Below are positions 27,594-37,339 of a stretch of 64,000 bases of DNA, one piece after another. Every line of letters starts with the position of its first letter. Within the stretch, counting starts at the first letter, position 1. The translations under genes were made by a program, and so were the position numbers. Under the pieces are notes generated by a model. The model was given only the letters and a program-made list of their open reading frames with translations, did no database searches and was not told the origin of the DNA. Source of the DNA: an uncultured Candidatus Saccharibacteria bacterium (GTDB lineage: Bacteria; Patescibacteriota; JACMRA01); NCBI GenBank assembly GCA_964434775.1, contig CAYSWH010000003.1, positions 1,877 through 65,876 of the forward strand, written 5' to 3'.

Positions 27594-28577
27594 ATGGGCA
27601 AAATTCTAGTTACCGGAGGAGCCGGCTATATCGGTTCACAAACAAACTATGTTTTGTTGGATCAAGGTTTTGAAACAGTAGTTTTTGATAATTTATCATA
27701 TGGACACAGGGAAGTAGTTTCCGACAAATCTAAATTTTATCGCGGCGATCTTTTAAATCTTGATTCTTTGGAGCAAGTTTTTAGAGAAAATAAAATTGAA
27801 GCAGTCTTACATTTTGCAGCCTTTATTTCTGTAGGAGAAAGCGTGGAAAAGCCTGACATTTACTATCGTAACAATGTTTTAGGGACTATAAACCTACTGG
27901 AAGTAATGAAAAAGTATGAAGTAAATAAACTGGTTTTTTCTTCGACAGCAGCTGTATACGGATTGCCGGAAAATGTTCCCATTAGTGAAAACTCACCCAA
28001 GATGCCGATTAATCCTTATGGTAGAAGTAAGTGGATGATGGAGCAGATAATGGATGATTTCCATCAAGCTTACGGACTAAATTCCCTTCGTCTAAGATAT
28101 TTTAATGCTTGCGGTGCCGATAGTAAGCTTAGAACCGGAGAGAATCATCAGCCGGAAACCCACCTTATTCCTCTGGCAATCTATGCAGCCTTGAATATTA
28201 AGCCGGAAATCAAGATTTACGGTGATGACTATAACACTCCTGACGGAACTTGCATTCGTGACTATATTTATATTGAAGATTTAGCTGAAGCACACGTGCT
28301 TGCCTTAAAAAAACTTTTATCAGGCCTGAAAATAGCGGAAGGTGTGAACTTGGGAACTAAGAGAGGATATTCAGTAAAAGAAGTGATTCAAACAGTAAAA
28401 GAAGTAACCGGCAGAGATTTTATAGTTGAGGTAACAGACAAAAGACCGGGAGATCCGAATATTTTAGTAGCAGACAATCAAAAAGCCAAAGATCTTTTAA
28501 ATTGGGAAGCGAATAGATCAGAGCTGAAAAATATTATCCAAACTGCCTGGCAATGGCACCAAAAGAATTTATCTTAA
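27594..28577 (+). CDS. galE: UDP-glucose 4-epimerase
   Basis: MGKILVTGGAGYIGS, SSTAAVYG, NPYGRSKWMME (YxxxK), and full-length GalE-like similarity. Confidence 0.88.
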   Translation: MGKILVTGGAGYIGSQTNYVLLDQGFETVVFDNLSYGHREVVSDKSKFYRGDLLNLDSLEQVFRENKIEAVLHFAAFISVGESVEKPDIYYRNNVLGTINLLEVMKKYEVNKLVFSSTAAVYGLPENVPISENSPKMPINPYGRSKWMMEQIMDDFHQAYGLNSLRLRYFNACGADSKLRTGENHQPETHLIPLAIYAALNIKPEIKIYGDDYNTPDGTCIRDYIYIEDLAEAHVLALKKLLSGLKIAEGVNLGTKRGYSVKEVIQTVKEVTGRDFIVEVTDKRPGDPNILVADNQKAKDLLNWEANRSELKNIIQTAWQWHQKNLS

Positions 28578-28592
28578 AATGAACTAAACAGT

Positions 28593-29882
28593 ATGCTTAA
28601 AAAAGGATGGAATTATTTTCTAAATAATGATTTTTTAAAGTCTTCTTCAGTTTTTTATATAGTCAACATAGTTAACGCCGCTTCTAACTACGGTCTGATT
28701 GTAATTGTTAGTCATAGCATTAGTGATCAGCTTAGTGCATGGACGGCCCTAAATAGTTTAATCATTATCTTCTTAACCCCGGTTCAAGGCCTTGGAACAA
28801 ACATCTCTAAAAGAGTTTCTTCTATTTCTCACCAAAGTGCTTTAGCCGGCTGCGAATATTACTCCTTTCTTCGGTCAAACACTTTTAAAGTTATTTTAGC
28901 TTTTTTTACTCTTCCTTTAGTCTTTTTTCTAATACTCAGAAGCGTCGGCTTAACCCCTGATTTTCCTTCTTACATCTTCATTTCGATCATAACTATGGTT
29001 GCCTTAATACAGTCCATAGAAAGTCAGTTTTTAATGGGTATACTCGACACCAAACATACCATTCAAGCTCTTTTATCAATTGGCTTGATTCGCTTAAGTA
29101 GTACAATTTTATTTATCTATCTGGGCTTTGAAATATATTCTCTTCCAATGGGTTTGGTAGCTTCATATTTGGTTTCCTATCTAATTGCTAAATTTTACGG
29201 CAACAAATACCGAAAAAAAATAACAAAAGAAGTAAATAAACTAGAAGAAAACGTAAAAAAGAAAGTACAAAGTTTAAGTTTAAAGGAAGAAATTTACGGA
29301 GCTTCCAAGACAATTATCGCTTTAGCCTTTCTTGCCTTAACTCTAAATTTAGGTATGGTTATTGCAGAGAGACTTTTAAACACTCAAGAAAAAGACCTTT
29401 ATGCCGTTCTTTTTAACTTCGGTCAAATAATACATTTTGGTTCTACAGCCTTCCTTTCTGCATTTATTGCTCATTCGGCAAGAGGAAAAAATATTGGTAT
29501 ATATCTACAGTCGCTGGCTTTGGTAAGTCTTTCCTCTCTAGGAGCGGGTGTTACCTTTTGGATCTTTGGGGACTTACTCCTACAAGCATTTAATAGGCAA
29601 GAATACTCATCTCAACTGTATCTGATAATCCTTTACGCTCTTTTAATCTCTATTTATAACGCCTTGTTTGTTTCCGTCCAGTACCTAATATCTCAGGATC
29701 AATACAGAACAATTCTTAAACTCTTTATTTTCATCTTATTAAACGCTGTTACCTTAATAATTATTTCATCAGTTGACCTAGGTCTTCAAATTGATATAAT
29801 CTTACAATATATCTTTGCCAATATGTTTTTTGTAGGCGGTGCAACTCTCTATTCAGGATATAAAATTTTCCAAAACAGGTAG
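28593..29882 (+). CDS. Polytopic membrane protein, oligosaccharide flippase (MOP/Wzx)-like
   Basis: 429 aa, about 12 TM helices, placed immediately after galE. Assigned from topology and context only. Confidence 0.45.
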   Translation: MLKKGWNYFLNNDFLKSSSVFYIVNIVNAASNYGLIVIVSHSISDQLSAWTALNSLIIIFLTPVQGLGTNISKRVSSISHQSALAGCEYYSFLRSNTFKVILAFFTLPLVFFLILRSVGLTPDFPSYIFISIITMVALIQSIESQFLMGILDTKHTIQALLSIGLIRLSSTILFIYLGFEIYSLPMGLVASYLVSYLIAKFYGNKYRKKITKEVNKLEENVKKKVQSLSLKEEIYGASKTIIALAFLALTLNLGMVIAERLLNTQEKDLYAVLFNFGQIIHFGSTAFLSAFIAHSARGKNIGIYLQSLALVSLSSLGAGVTFWIFGDLLLQAFNRQEYSSQLYLIILYALLISIYNALFVSVQYLISQDQYRTILKLFIFILLNAVTLIIISSVDLGLQIDIILQYIFANMFFVGGATLYSGYKIFQNR

Positions 29883-30008
29883 CTATTCATGTTTTTTTAA
29901 TTAGTAAATCCTCAAAAAAATCCAAAATTTAGAAAATTTTTGAAGAGTTTTAGGATGAATTAACAACATTGGGACCAAAAGAAAGTACTTATTTATTGTC
30001 GACAAATT

Positions 30009-30204
30009 TTTCTTTTGCTCTTCTTGATTTATAGCCATCCCCTCTTAAACCCAGACATTTCCAAATTTTACTCCGTCACTTGCCAAGTGGTCATCCTGAA
30101 TTTGCAACCTCGTCATCCTGGATTTATTTCAGGATCTATTTGAAGAGATGCCGAAACAAGTTCGCCGGAACAAATGTGTATAGGTTATGTTCGGATCAAC
30201 TATA
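30009..30204 (-). mobile_element. MITE-like element, copy E (inverted partner of copy D)
   Basis: Its reverse complement equals copy D except for one position (gggGtggctata versus gggAtggctata). Confidence 0.85.
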
Positions 30205-30492
30205 TAATGATAATTAATAAATATATTTAGACGAAAAAAGACCACATCCAAAGGATTGATAGTTTTAGATAAATTCCTCATCTCTTTTTGACTAAAAAAG
30301 CGGCATCTAAAATTAGAATTACTTCTTTTTAATCCATACATTCTTTTGCCTGTTTAAGTATTTAGGAGGTCGACAGAAAAACGTTTTTATTACTGCATCT
30401 AATCAGTATAAATCCGACAATTTTTTATTTATCAAATAGAAGGAAATTTTTTTGTGCATCCGTATTTTTAATTTAAGGGGTGTCTTAATTGA

Positions 30493-33400
30493 TTAATCAC
30501 CTGTACTATCTTCGTCCTCTTCTCCGGCAGAAGGATCGGTAATGCTAATTGTGGAGTCCGGAACTTCTATTTTTTGAGTGCCGCTGCCCGTTATGTATAT
30601 GGGTAAGTTTGCTGCAGCCTCATTGCCGGCAGTCGAAACCGTACAGGTGGTAACGCTGTTTGAGCTTAGGGTGCAAGAACTTCCAACAGTTGATTGTCCA
30701 ATAAATATATAAATTACTGATAATTCTGTTTTAGCCGGAGGTACAATTTGGCAGGTGGAATTTTCACCAAGCTCTACGTCTGAACAGTTTACTTTGAAGG
30801 AACTCAGGTCGATCTCCGTCTCTTCCTCTTCTTCCTCTTCCTCATCGTTTGCAGAAGAAAAGTTAACATTGGTAAACTCAGCCTTTACCTCCATATCAAA
30901 GTCGGTTTTAATAATTATCTCTACTGAGTTTTTTCCGGTAATTTCTAAACTGTTTGTCAACACTTCCAGATTAGGGCTGTTTTCGGCTGTTTCAACAGTT
31001 ACTCCGTTAATTCTCAGGTCAATTTGAGTAACCCGGATATTTTCATTAACAGTTTTGACATTAATTGCAATTGTTTTCGGTGCCGGAGAATTTGACTCGA
31101 GGTTAGTTTCGATTTCCGGTTTTAGCTTGTCTTCACTGATATCTGATTTCTCAGTAGGGCAAGTATTGCCGCTACCTCCAATTGCCTTAGCCGGGCTATA
31201 CCAAGCAGGGTTTTGAGGGAATTCGGAAAGTAGTTCCCCGCACTGCATTTCCGTTATTAATTCTTCAGGTAAATTGAAATCGTTAGGAAGTAACTTGTTG
31301 TCAATAGCAGTAACTTTTATGGTTCGGTTGGTAATTGGTGAACGGTTTTGAAAAATACTATTTTCTCTAGGGTTGTAATTACCGCCGGAAAGCTTTTCCG
31401 TGGCCTGGTTTAGAAGGCTGATTTGTTCCTCTGAAAGATATTCTGTAGCTCCGGAATCAGAAATAAATCCTGAGGTTCGAGAAAGTTTTACGGGTGTCAG
31501 ACCTTCTACGCTAAATCCTTTCTTTGGTTTGTCTTGGTGAATCTCGGTCATTATCTGTTTCCAAATCGGAGCTGCGCTCGTCGAGCCGGTAGCATCGGGA
31601 TTCATTGGGCTGTTATCGGTGTTTCCAACCCATACAGTTACTGTGTAGTAAGGGGATCCTCCTACGGTCCACGCATCTCTAACGTCGCTGGTAGTACCGG
31701 TTTTTGCAGCTACGCTATTATTGCCGGTCCAGCCGTCCAATTCCAAGTTACTTTTGACAGTCCCCCAAATAGACGGATCTCTGGAGTCATAGTCAGACAT
31801 TACATGAGCAACTTCTTTAGCTATTGAAGAATCTATTACCTGGTCTATTCTTGGATAAGGATTATTCTCTTCTTGAGTGTTTTCATAAAATACTCTTTCT
31901 TCCAAACCTCCGGTGCTTGGGTCGTATTCTCTTGAAATAATCTTTTTGAAAGGATTGGCTGTTCTCAAGTTTCCTTCCTGCAGTAATGTATTAATTCCGG
32001 TTACGTGAGACTCCATACTTACTTCACAACTACCCAGAGCCATAGTTATGTCACATTCTCTAAGATGACTTACTCCGACCTTACTGGCAAAACTTTCTAA
32101 GTTATTTACCGCACTTATAGAATCAGGTTGATTTCCGGGATTCTGAAGTAAATAGGCTCCTTTGACTGAAGGGATGTTTAATGAATTTTGCAAAGAGTAT
32201 CTGGCGGTAACCAATCCGTAAGTCTTTTTATTGAAATTACTAGGACTAAACCCTCCAAAGTCCGTTTTAGCATCGAGTAAAATTGTTCCCGGATTGAAAC
32301 CTCTTTCAAAGGCTCCGGCAAAAACATATGGTTTATAGCTACTACCGGGTTGTCTGTAAGAAGTGGCGACATTGACTTGCCCTCCTATTTCTACATTATT
32401 AAAATCTCTGGAACCGATCATGGCAACTATCTCTCCGGAGGGTCCGTCCAAAACCATGGCTGCAGCGTTATTGGCACCGTTTGGAAGGATATAAGTTCCG
32501 GAATTTTCAGTTATAATTTGTTCCATTCTGGCTTGTTTATCAATGTCGAAAGTGGAGTGTATTTTATAACCCTTAGTCAAAAGCTCTTTTTGGGTAATAC
32601 CAAACTTTTCTTCCATCTCGTGAACAATATAATTTTGAATATGTCCATACTTGATTTCAGTTTCTTTGGGAGGTAAAAAATCAGGTATTTCCGCTTGCAA
32701 TTCAGCCACCTGACTCTGTTGAATATACATGGGTTTATCTTGACCTCTAAGTGGTACGGCGGCCATTTTTTCTATGCAAGCATTTTTTCTGGCAATTAGC
32801 TCTTCTGCAGCGGGAGTATTGGTGTTACCTTCCATTATATCGGTGATTCCAAGTGAATATACGGTTGGCTTTTGCGGCATCGAAGCTAGATAACATGATT
32901 CCGAGATCGTAAGGTCCTTGGCACTCTTTCCATAAAAACTTTGCGAAGCTTTTTCTATACCGTACATGTTTCTACCAAAAGGAACCCAATTAAGATACAG
33001 CTCTAAAACCTCTTCTCTATCTACTTCTTGATTAAATTTTATCGCTGACATTAGTTCGTTCAACTTTCTGTCAACACTATGATCGTCTTGACCTGAAACA
33101 TTTTTGATTAATTGTTGAGACAGACCGCTACCTCCACGACATTCCTGACCTCTGGAAAACAAACATTTTACTGTAGCTCCGACTAAGTTTTTCCAGGGTA
33201 TTCCTACCTCATTTTCATAAAAGTTTTCGTCTTCCAAGGCAATTATAGCTAGTTGCATGTTCTCAGAAATGTTAGATAAAGAAACGTATTCCCGGTTCTC
33301 AGCACCACCGGAATAAGAGATTATTTCTCTTTCTTTGCGGTCAAAAACTACACTTCCTTCCGGAGGTTGTAATGCTTGAGCCTTTACAGAGGGAGCCTGG

Positions 33401-33789
33401 TTATATTTCGACAGTAGCCAAAATCCTGTAACCGTCAGACCGAGTAGTCCGATTAATCCGCTAACATAAACAAAACCTTTTATCTTCTTTCTGTGTTTTT
33501 TGTAAAACCTCTTAACTTTATTCTTAAAACCGGGTTTGTTTTCTTCTTCCGGCAAGTTTGTATCTTCTTCCGGGTACCAATTTTCTTCGTTAGGGTGACC
33601 AAACTCCGGTTCGTAGTCATCTTCCGGACGGTAATCTTTGGAGTAGTCTTCTTGAGTATTATTTTCTGTGTAGTTTTGTCGGGGGTAATGATTTTCCGGA
33701 GTCCTTAGATCATCCGGCTGTGGTCTATCAGTATAAATATCCGTACTTTTCCTTCTGGGGCGCTTGGGCTCAACAATGATTTCTGTCAT
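30493..33789 (-). CDS. Class A penicillin-binding protein (transglycosylase/transpeptidase) with a long C-terminal extension
   Basis: GT51 motifs ALEDENFYEN and RGGSGLSQQLIKN. Transpeptidase motifs PGSSYKP (SxxK), SLN and KTGTT. An N-terminal TM, and a ~330-aa C-terminal region with a poly-Glu tract. Confidence 0.88.
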   Translation of the reverse strand: MTEIIVEPKRPRRKSTDIYTDRPQPDDLRTPENHYPRQNYTENNTQEDYSKDYRPEDDYEPEFGHPNEENWYPEEDTNLPEEENKPGFKNKVKRFYKKHRKKIKGFVYVSGLIGLLGLTVTGFWLLSKYNQAPSVKAQALQPPEGSVVFDRKEREIISYSGGAENREYVSLSNISENMQLAIIALEDENFYENEVGIPWKNLVGATVKCLFSRGQECRGGSGLSQQLIKNVSGQDDHSVDRKLNELMSAIKFNQEVDREEVLELYLNWVPFGRNMYGIEKASQSFYGKSAKDLTISESCYLASMPQKPTVYSLGITDIMEGNTNTPAAEELIARKNACIEKMAAVPLRGQDKPMYIQQSQVAELQAEIPDFLPPKETEIKYGHIQNYIVHEMEEKFGITQKELLTKGYKIHSTFDIDKQARMEQIITENSGTYILPNGANNAAAMVLDGPSGEIVAMIGSRDFNNVEIGGQVNVATSYRQPGSSYKPYVFAGAFERGFNPGTILLDAKTDFGGFSPSNFNKKTYGLVTARYSLQNSLNIPSVKGAYLLQNPGNQPDSISAVNNLESFASKVGVSHLRECDITMALGSCEVSMESHVTGINTLLQEGNLRTANPFKKIISREYDPSTGGLEERVFYENTQEENNPYPRIDQVIDSSIAKEVAHVMSDYDSRDPSIWGTVKSNLELDGWTGNNSVAAKTGTTSDVRDAWTVGGSPYYTVTVWVGNTDNSPMNPDATGSTSAAPIWKQIMTEIHQDKPKKGFSVEGLTPVKLSRTSGFISDSGATEYLSEEQISLLNQATEKLSGGNYNPRENSIFQNRSPITNRTIKVTAIDNKLLPNDFNLPEELITEMQCGELLSEFPQNPAWYSPAKAIGGSGNTCPTEKSDISEDKLKPEIETNLESNSPAPKTIAINVKTVNENIRVTQIDLRINGVTVETAENSPNLEVLTNSLEITGKNSVEIIIKTDFDMEVKAEFTNVNFSSANDEEEEEEEETEIDLSSFKVNCSDVELGENSTCQIVPPAKTELSVIYIFIGQSTVGSSCTLSSNSVTTCTVSTAGNEAAANLPIYITGSGTQKIEVPDSTISITDPSAGEEDEDSTGD

Positions 33790-34113
33790 ACAGTTGTTAA
33801 TTTATTGATTGAACTTATACTTATAAAAGCTGTTTTTATTTTTATCTTTAAATTCAGTTAACAATTTACTCAATATTTTAGTCTTTTGTAAAATGTTTTT
33901 TCAAAATTGTAAATAGAGGCAAATCCTTTGTTTAATTAAAGTGTCTTTTGGTTAGTTGTTTGTGACATATCTTTTTGGATTTTTAATGGAAATTTTCAAT
34001 AGTCGACTTTGCAAATGTGAATTTTGTAGCCAATAATTCAATAATAAAGATTTAAGCTGTTTGTTTCCATTTGTGATTAATTTCTATAAAAATCTTCTAT
34101 AGATAACTTTGGC

Positions 34114-34142
34114 TTGACATTTTTTGATTTTATTAGGATATT
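34114..34142 (+). promoter_or_regulatory. Candidate promoter of rpsG
   Basis: TTGACA (34114..34119), a 17-nt spacer, then GATATT (34137..34142), about 30 nt before the ATG at 34173. Confidence 0.35.
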
Positions 34143-34172
34143 ATTTCTTGATTAAAAGGATTAAAACCTTAT

Positions 34173-34667
34173 ATGCCAAGAAGAAAAAGAGTGTTAAAGA
34201 GACCTAAAATCTCAGCTGACAAAACTTTTAACAGTATTTTAGTTTCACGTCTTGTTAACAGAGTAATGTGGGACGGAAAAAAAACAATTGCTAACAAAAT
34301 AGTGGTTAGCTCGTTGACCAAAGCCAGTGAAGAGTTGCAGGTAGCACCACTGGAAGTTTTGGAGACAGCGGTGAATAATGTTCAGCCGCAAATTGAAGTA
34401 AAAAGTGTCAGAGTCGGTGGGGCTAATTATCAAGTTCCAATGGAACCTTATCCTGCCAGAGGTCTTAGGTTGGCCCTAACATGGATTGTTAATTCTGCCA
34501 GAGGAATTAAAGGTAGGCCGATGGAAGACAAATTAAAGCAAATTTTAGTTGAATCTTTTAATAATGAAGGTCCTGCAGTAGGAAAAAGGAACACGGTACA
34601 TCAAACCGCTGCCGGTAACAAAGCTTTTGCTCATTTGGCACTTAGAATCAATCGTAAAAAAAGCTAG
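34173..34667 (+). CDS. rpsG: 30S ribosomal protein S7
   Basis: MPRRKRVLKRPKISADKTFNSILVSRLVNRVMWDGKKTIANKIV... with full-length S7 similarity. Confidence 0.92.
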   Translation: MPRRKRVLKRPKISADKTFNSILVSRLVNRVMWDGKKTIANKIVVSSLTKASEELQVAPLEVLETAVNNVQPQIEVKSVRVGGANYQVPMEPYPARGLRLALTWIVNSARGIKGRPMEDKLKQILVESFNNEGPAVGKRNTVHQTAAGNKAFAHLALRINRKKS

Positions 34668-34670
34668 TCT

Positions 34671-35684
34671 ATGAAAACTGCGTTTATTACCGGAATTAGC
34701 GGTCAAGATGGAGCTTGGTTAGCTAAGCTATTGTTGGAAAAAGGGTATGAAGTCTATGGCGGTATTAGAAGGACCAGCCGACAAAATTTATCTGTTTTGG
34801 AATTTTTGAACATTGAGGACAAAGTAAAATTGGTAGAATTTGATTTATTAGAATACTCAAACATTTACCAAGTTATAACCGATATCAAGCCTGATGAATT
34901 TTATAATCTCGCAGCGCAAAGTTTTGTGGGTACAAGTTTCAAACAACCAATTAATACTAGTTTGACCGACGGTTTAGCAGTGACTTATATTTTGGATATT
35001 ATTAAGAATTTTTCTCCTGAAACCAAATTTTACCAAGCTTCTACCAGCGAAATGTTTGGTAAAGTGCAGGCCATTCCTCAAGCGGAAGACACTCCTTTTT
35101 ATCCCAGAAGTCCATATGGTGTAGCTAAATTGTATGCTCATTGGATGACTGTTAATTACAGAGAGAGTTACAGTCTTTTTGCTGCAAGCGGTATTTTATT
35201 TAACCATGAGAGTGAGTTAAGAGGTCCTGAGTTTGTGACTCGAAAAATTACTATGAATGTTGCTAAATGGGCAAAAAATCGGAATATACCTTTAGAACTC
35301 GGTAACTTGGATGCCAAGAGAGATTGGGGCTATGCTAAAGAATATGTAGAAGGTATGTATTTAATGTTGCAGGCGGAAAAGCCGGATACTTTTGTACTGG
35401 CTACCAATGAAACTACCAAGATTAGAGATTTTGTGAATTTTGCTTTCCAGGTTATTGATAGAGAAGTTAGGTGGGAAGGTGAAGGAGAGAATGAGAAAGG
35501 TTTTGATGCAAAGACAGGAGAACTACTGGTTCAAGTTAATCCAAAGTTCTACAGACCGGCTGAAGTCGATCTGTTAATCGGAGATAACAGTAAGGCTAAG
35601 AGAGTTCTCGACTGGAATCCACAAACAGACGTAAATAAATTAGCGGAAATAATGGTAAAAAACGACATTGATCTCTTGAGCTAG
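34671..35684 (+). CDS. gmd: GDP-mannose 4,6-dehydratase (paralogue 2, canonical active site)
   Basis: [54 protein letters not shown]. Confidence 0.88.
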   Translation: MKTAFITGISGQDGAWLAKLLLEKGYEVYGGIRRTSRQNLSVLEFLNIEDKVKLVEFDLLEYSNIYQVITDIKPDEFYNLAAQSFVGTSFKQPINTSLTDGLAVTYILDIIKNFSPETKFYQASTSEMFGKVQAIPQAEDTPFYPRSPYGVAKLYAHWMTVNYRESYSLFAASGILFNHESELRGPEFVTRKITMNVAKWAKNRNIPLELGNLDAKRDWGYAKEYVEGMYLMLQAEKPDTFVLATNETTKIRDFVNFAFQVIDREVRWEGEGENEKGFDAKTGELLVQVNPKFYRPAEVDLLIGDNSKAKRVLDWNPQTDVNKLAEIMVKNDIDLLS

Positions 35685-35845
35685 TTTTAACAGAATTTTA
35701 TCTTGCAACTTTTGATCAAAAACTTTGATTTGCTGTAATTATTTAATATACAAGCGATCTTTGATAATTGGGGTTATTTCCTACCAATGACGGTTAAGCT
35801 CTTTAATTTTTCAATTGTTTGTTATTTTTTTTGTAAACACGTTTT

Positions 35846-36562
35846 ATGGCAGTTCCGAAAATTAAATTTTGCGGTTTTACCAATACTGAAGATATTCAAA
35901 GGACAGTCAGTTTAGATTTCAACTATTATGGGTTTATTCTTGAGATAGCAAACAGTCCTAGGTCTATAAACTTGGACAAGGCTATAGAATTGGTAAGATT
36001 TACAAAAAATATATCAGACAAGAAGGCTGTAGCGGTGGTATGTAATCCCTCTGACTCTTTTGTCAAGCAGATTATTGACAGCCAAACCTTTGATGTAATT
36101 CAGTTTCACGGGCAGGAAGTGCCGCAAGTTCTTAAATCTTTAAAAGGAAAGATCGAAACATGGAAAGTTTTTAATTATGGAAAAAATGAGAATAATGCTA
36201 ATTCAGAACCTTTTAACTCTAGCAAATTTAAGGAACAATTACTATCCCGAGTTAAAAATTATCAAGAGAGTTTGGACAAAATTGTCTTGGACTTACCCAA
36301 GGATATTTCTTCAGTCAAAACACCGAGTGAAGAAATTCAAGAGCAAATTACTTTTGACCAAGACTTTTTTAAAAAACTTAGCGATTTAAATATCCCACTT
36401 ATTCTGGCCGGCAAATTAACACCGGAAAATATTTTGGAAAGAATTAAATTCTTTGATTTTTACGGTGTGGACTTGGCCAGTGGAGTTGAAGCAAATCCGG
36501 GTAAGAAAGATTATCAAAAAATGGTTAGTTTTATTAAAGAGGTAGAAAAGGTTGGGCGGTAG
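35846..36562 (+). CDS. trpF: Phosphoribosylanthranilate isomerase-like protein with an internal insertion
   Basis: KIKFCGFTNTEDI, NSPRSI, VIQFHGQE, LILAGKLTPENI and GVDLASGVEANPGKKD follow the TrpF pattern. A ~40-aa N/K/S-rich insertion follows WKVFNYG. Confidence 0.7.
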   Translation: MAVPKIKFCGFTNTEDIQRTVSLDFNYYGFILEIANSPRSINLDKAIELVRFTKNISDKKAVAVVCNPSDSFVKQIIDSQTFDVIQFHGQEVPQVLKSLKGKIETWKVFNYGKNENNANSEPFNSSKFKEQLLSRVKNYQESLDKIVLDLPKDISSVKTPSEEIQEQITFDQDFFKKLSDLNIPLILAGKLTPENILERIKFFDFYGVDLASGVEANPGKKDYQKMVSFIKEVEKVGR

Positions 36563-36664
36563 CAGATTTTGATTTTACGCGACTTTGAAATTTCATGTTC
36601 TATAGCTAAACACGCTTTAACTTAGATACTTTCCCGGTAATCAGAATACCCCGTCAATACTTTT

Positions 36665-36861
36665 TATAGTCGATCCGAACATAACCTATACCCACTTGTC
36701 ATGCCGGACTTTCATTGTCATGGCGAACTTGTTTCGGAATCACTTTCGAAGATAGATCCTTAAATAAATTCAGGATGACGGGATAGCAAATTCAGGGTTA
36801 CCAGTTGGCAAGTGACAGAGTAAAATTTGGAAATGTCTAGGTTTAATGAGGTTTAGCTGTA
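36665..36861 (+). mobile_element. MITE-like element, copy F
   Basis: TA-TAGTCGATCCGAACATAACC ... aaatttggaaatgtctaggtttaatgaggtttagctg-TA. Same module order as the other copies, with a private insertion. Confidence 0.78.
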
Positions 36862-36972
36862 TGTCTCTAGTGTAAAAATTGAAGCTGTTTTTAATGTATA
36901 ACAACTGGTTTTCAAACGAATGGGGGATTTTTTATAGTAAAAAATGCTGAAACCAGGTTCAGCATAATCATG

Positions 36973-37260
36973 TTAAATTGTTGGCACTTTTTCAGCTTCG
37001 TCAAAGCGGCGACGTACTGACTCAATTTGTTTTTCCATTGATAAGCGGCGCCACATTTTTACTGCTTCTTCTTTTGTTAAAGTCAGTTTGTAGACATTTT
37101 TTTCTCCGGCAATGCGGAGTTCCCAGTTTTTACCTCCATTGGAAGAAACCCAAACCTGGTTAAGAGCTTTGGCATTTTTGAGTGATTGTTTTTCAGTCGA
37201 AGAGAGAATTTTCTCTGTATTTTGACCTTGATAATTTTGAGTATAAGTGAGTTGAGACAT
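36973..37260 (-). CDS. Small hypothetical protein (95 aa), DUF2188-like pattern
   Basis: VWVSSNGGKNWELRIAGEKNVYKLTLTKEEAVKMW loosely resembles the DUF2188 pattern. Weak assignment. Confidence 0.45.
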   Translation of the reverse strand: MSQLTYTQNYQGQNTEKILSSTEKQSLKNAKALNQVWVSSNGGKNWELRIAGEKNVYKLTLTKEEAVKMWRRLSMEKQIESVRRRFDEAEKVPTI

Positions 37261-37339
37261 ATTTCATTTTAATTAAAAATAATTTATAAAGAGAGATTAA
37301 GATTTTATTTGAGCGAAGAGGTGTAATCGTGTATAAAGA

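Noticed and set aside
9051-36861. The repeated elements as a CRISPR array
   Set aside because: The repeat units are 160-230 bp, lie kilobases apart, occur in both orientations and are separated by ordinary genes. There are no short, regularly spaced repeats and no cas genes.
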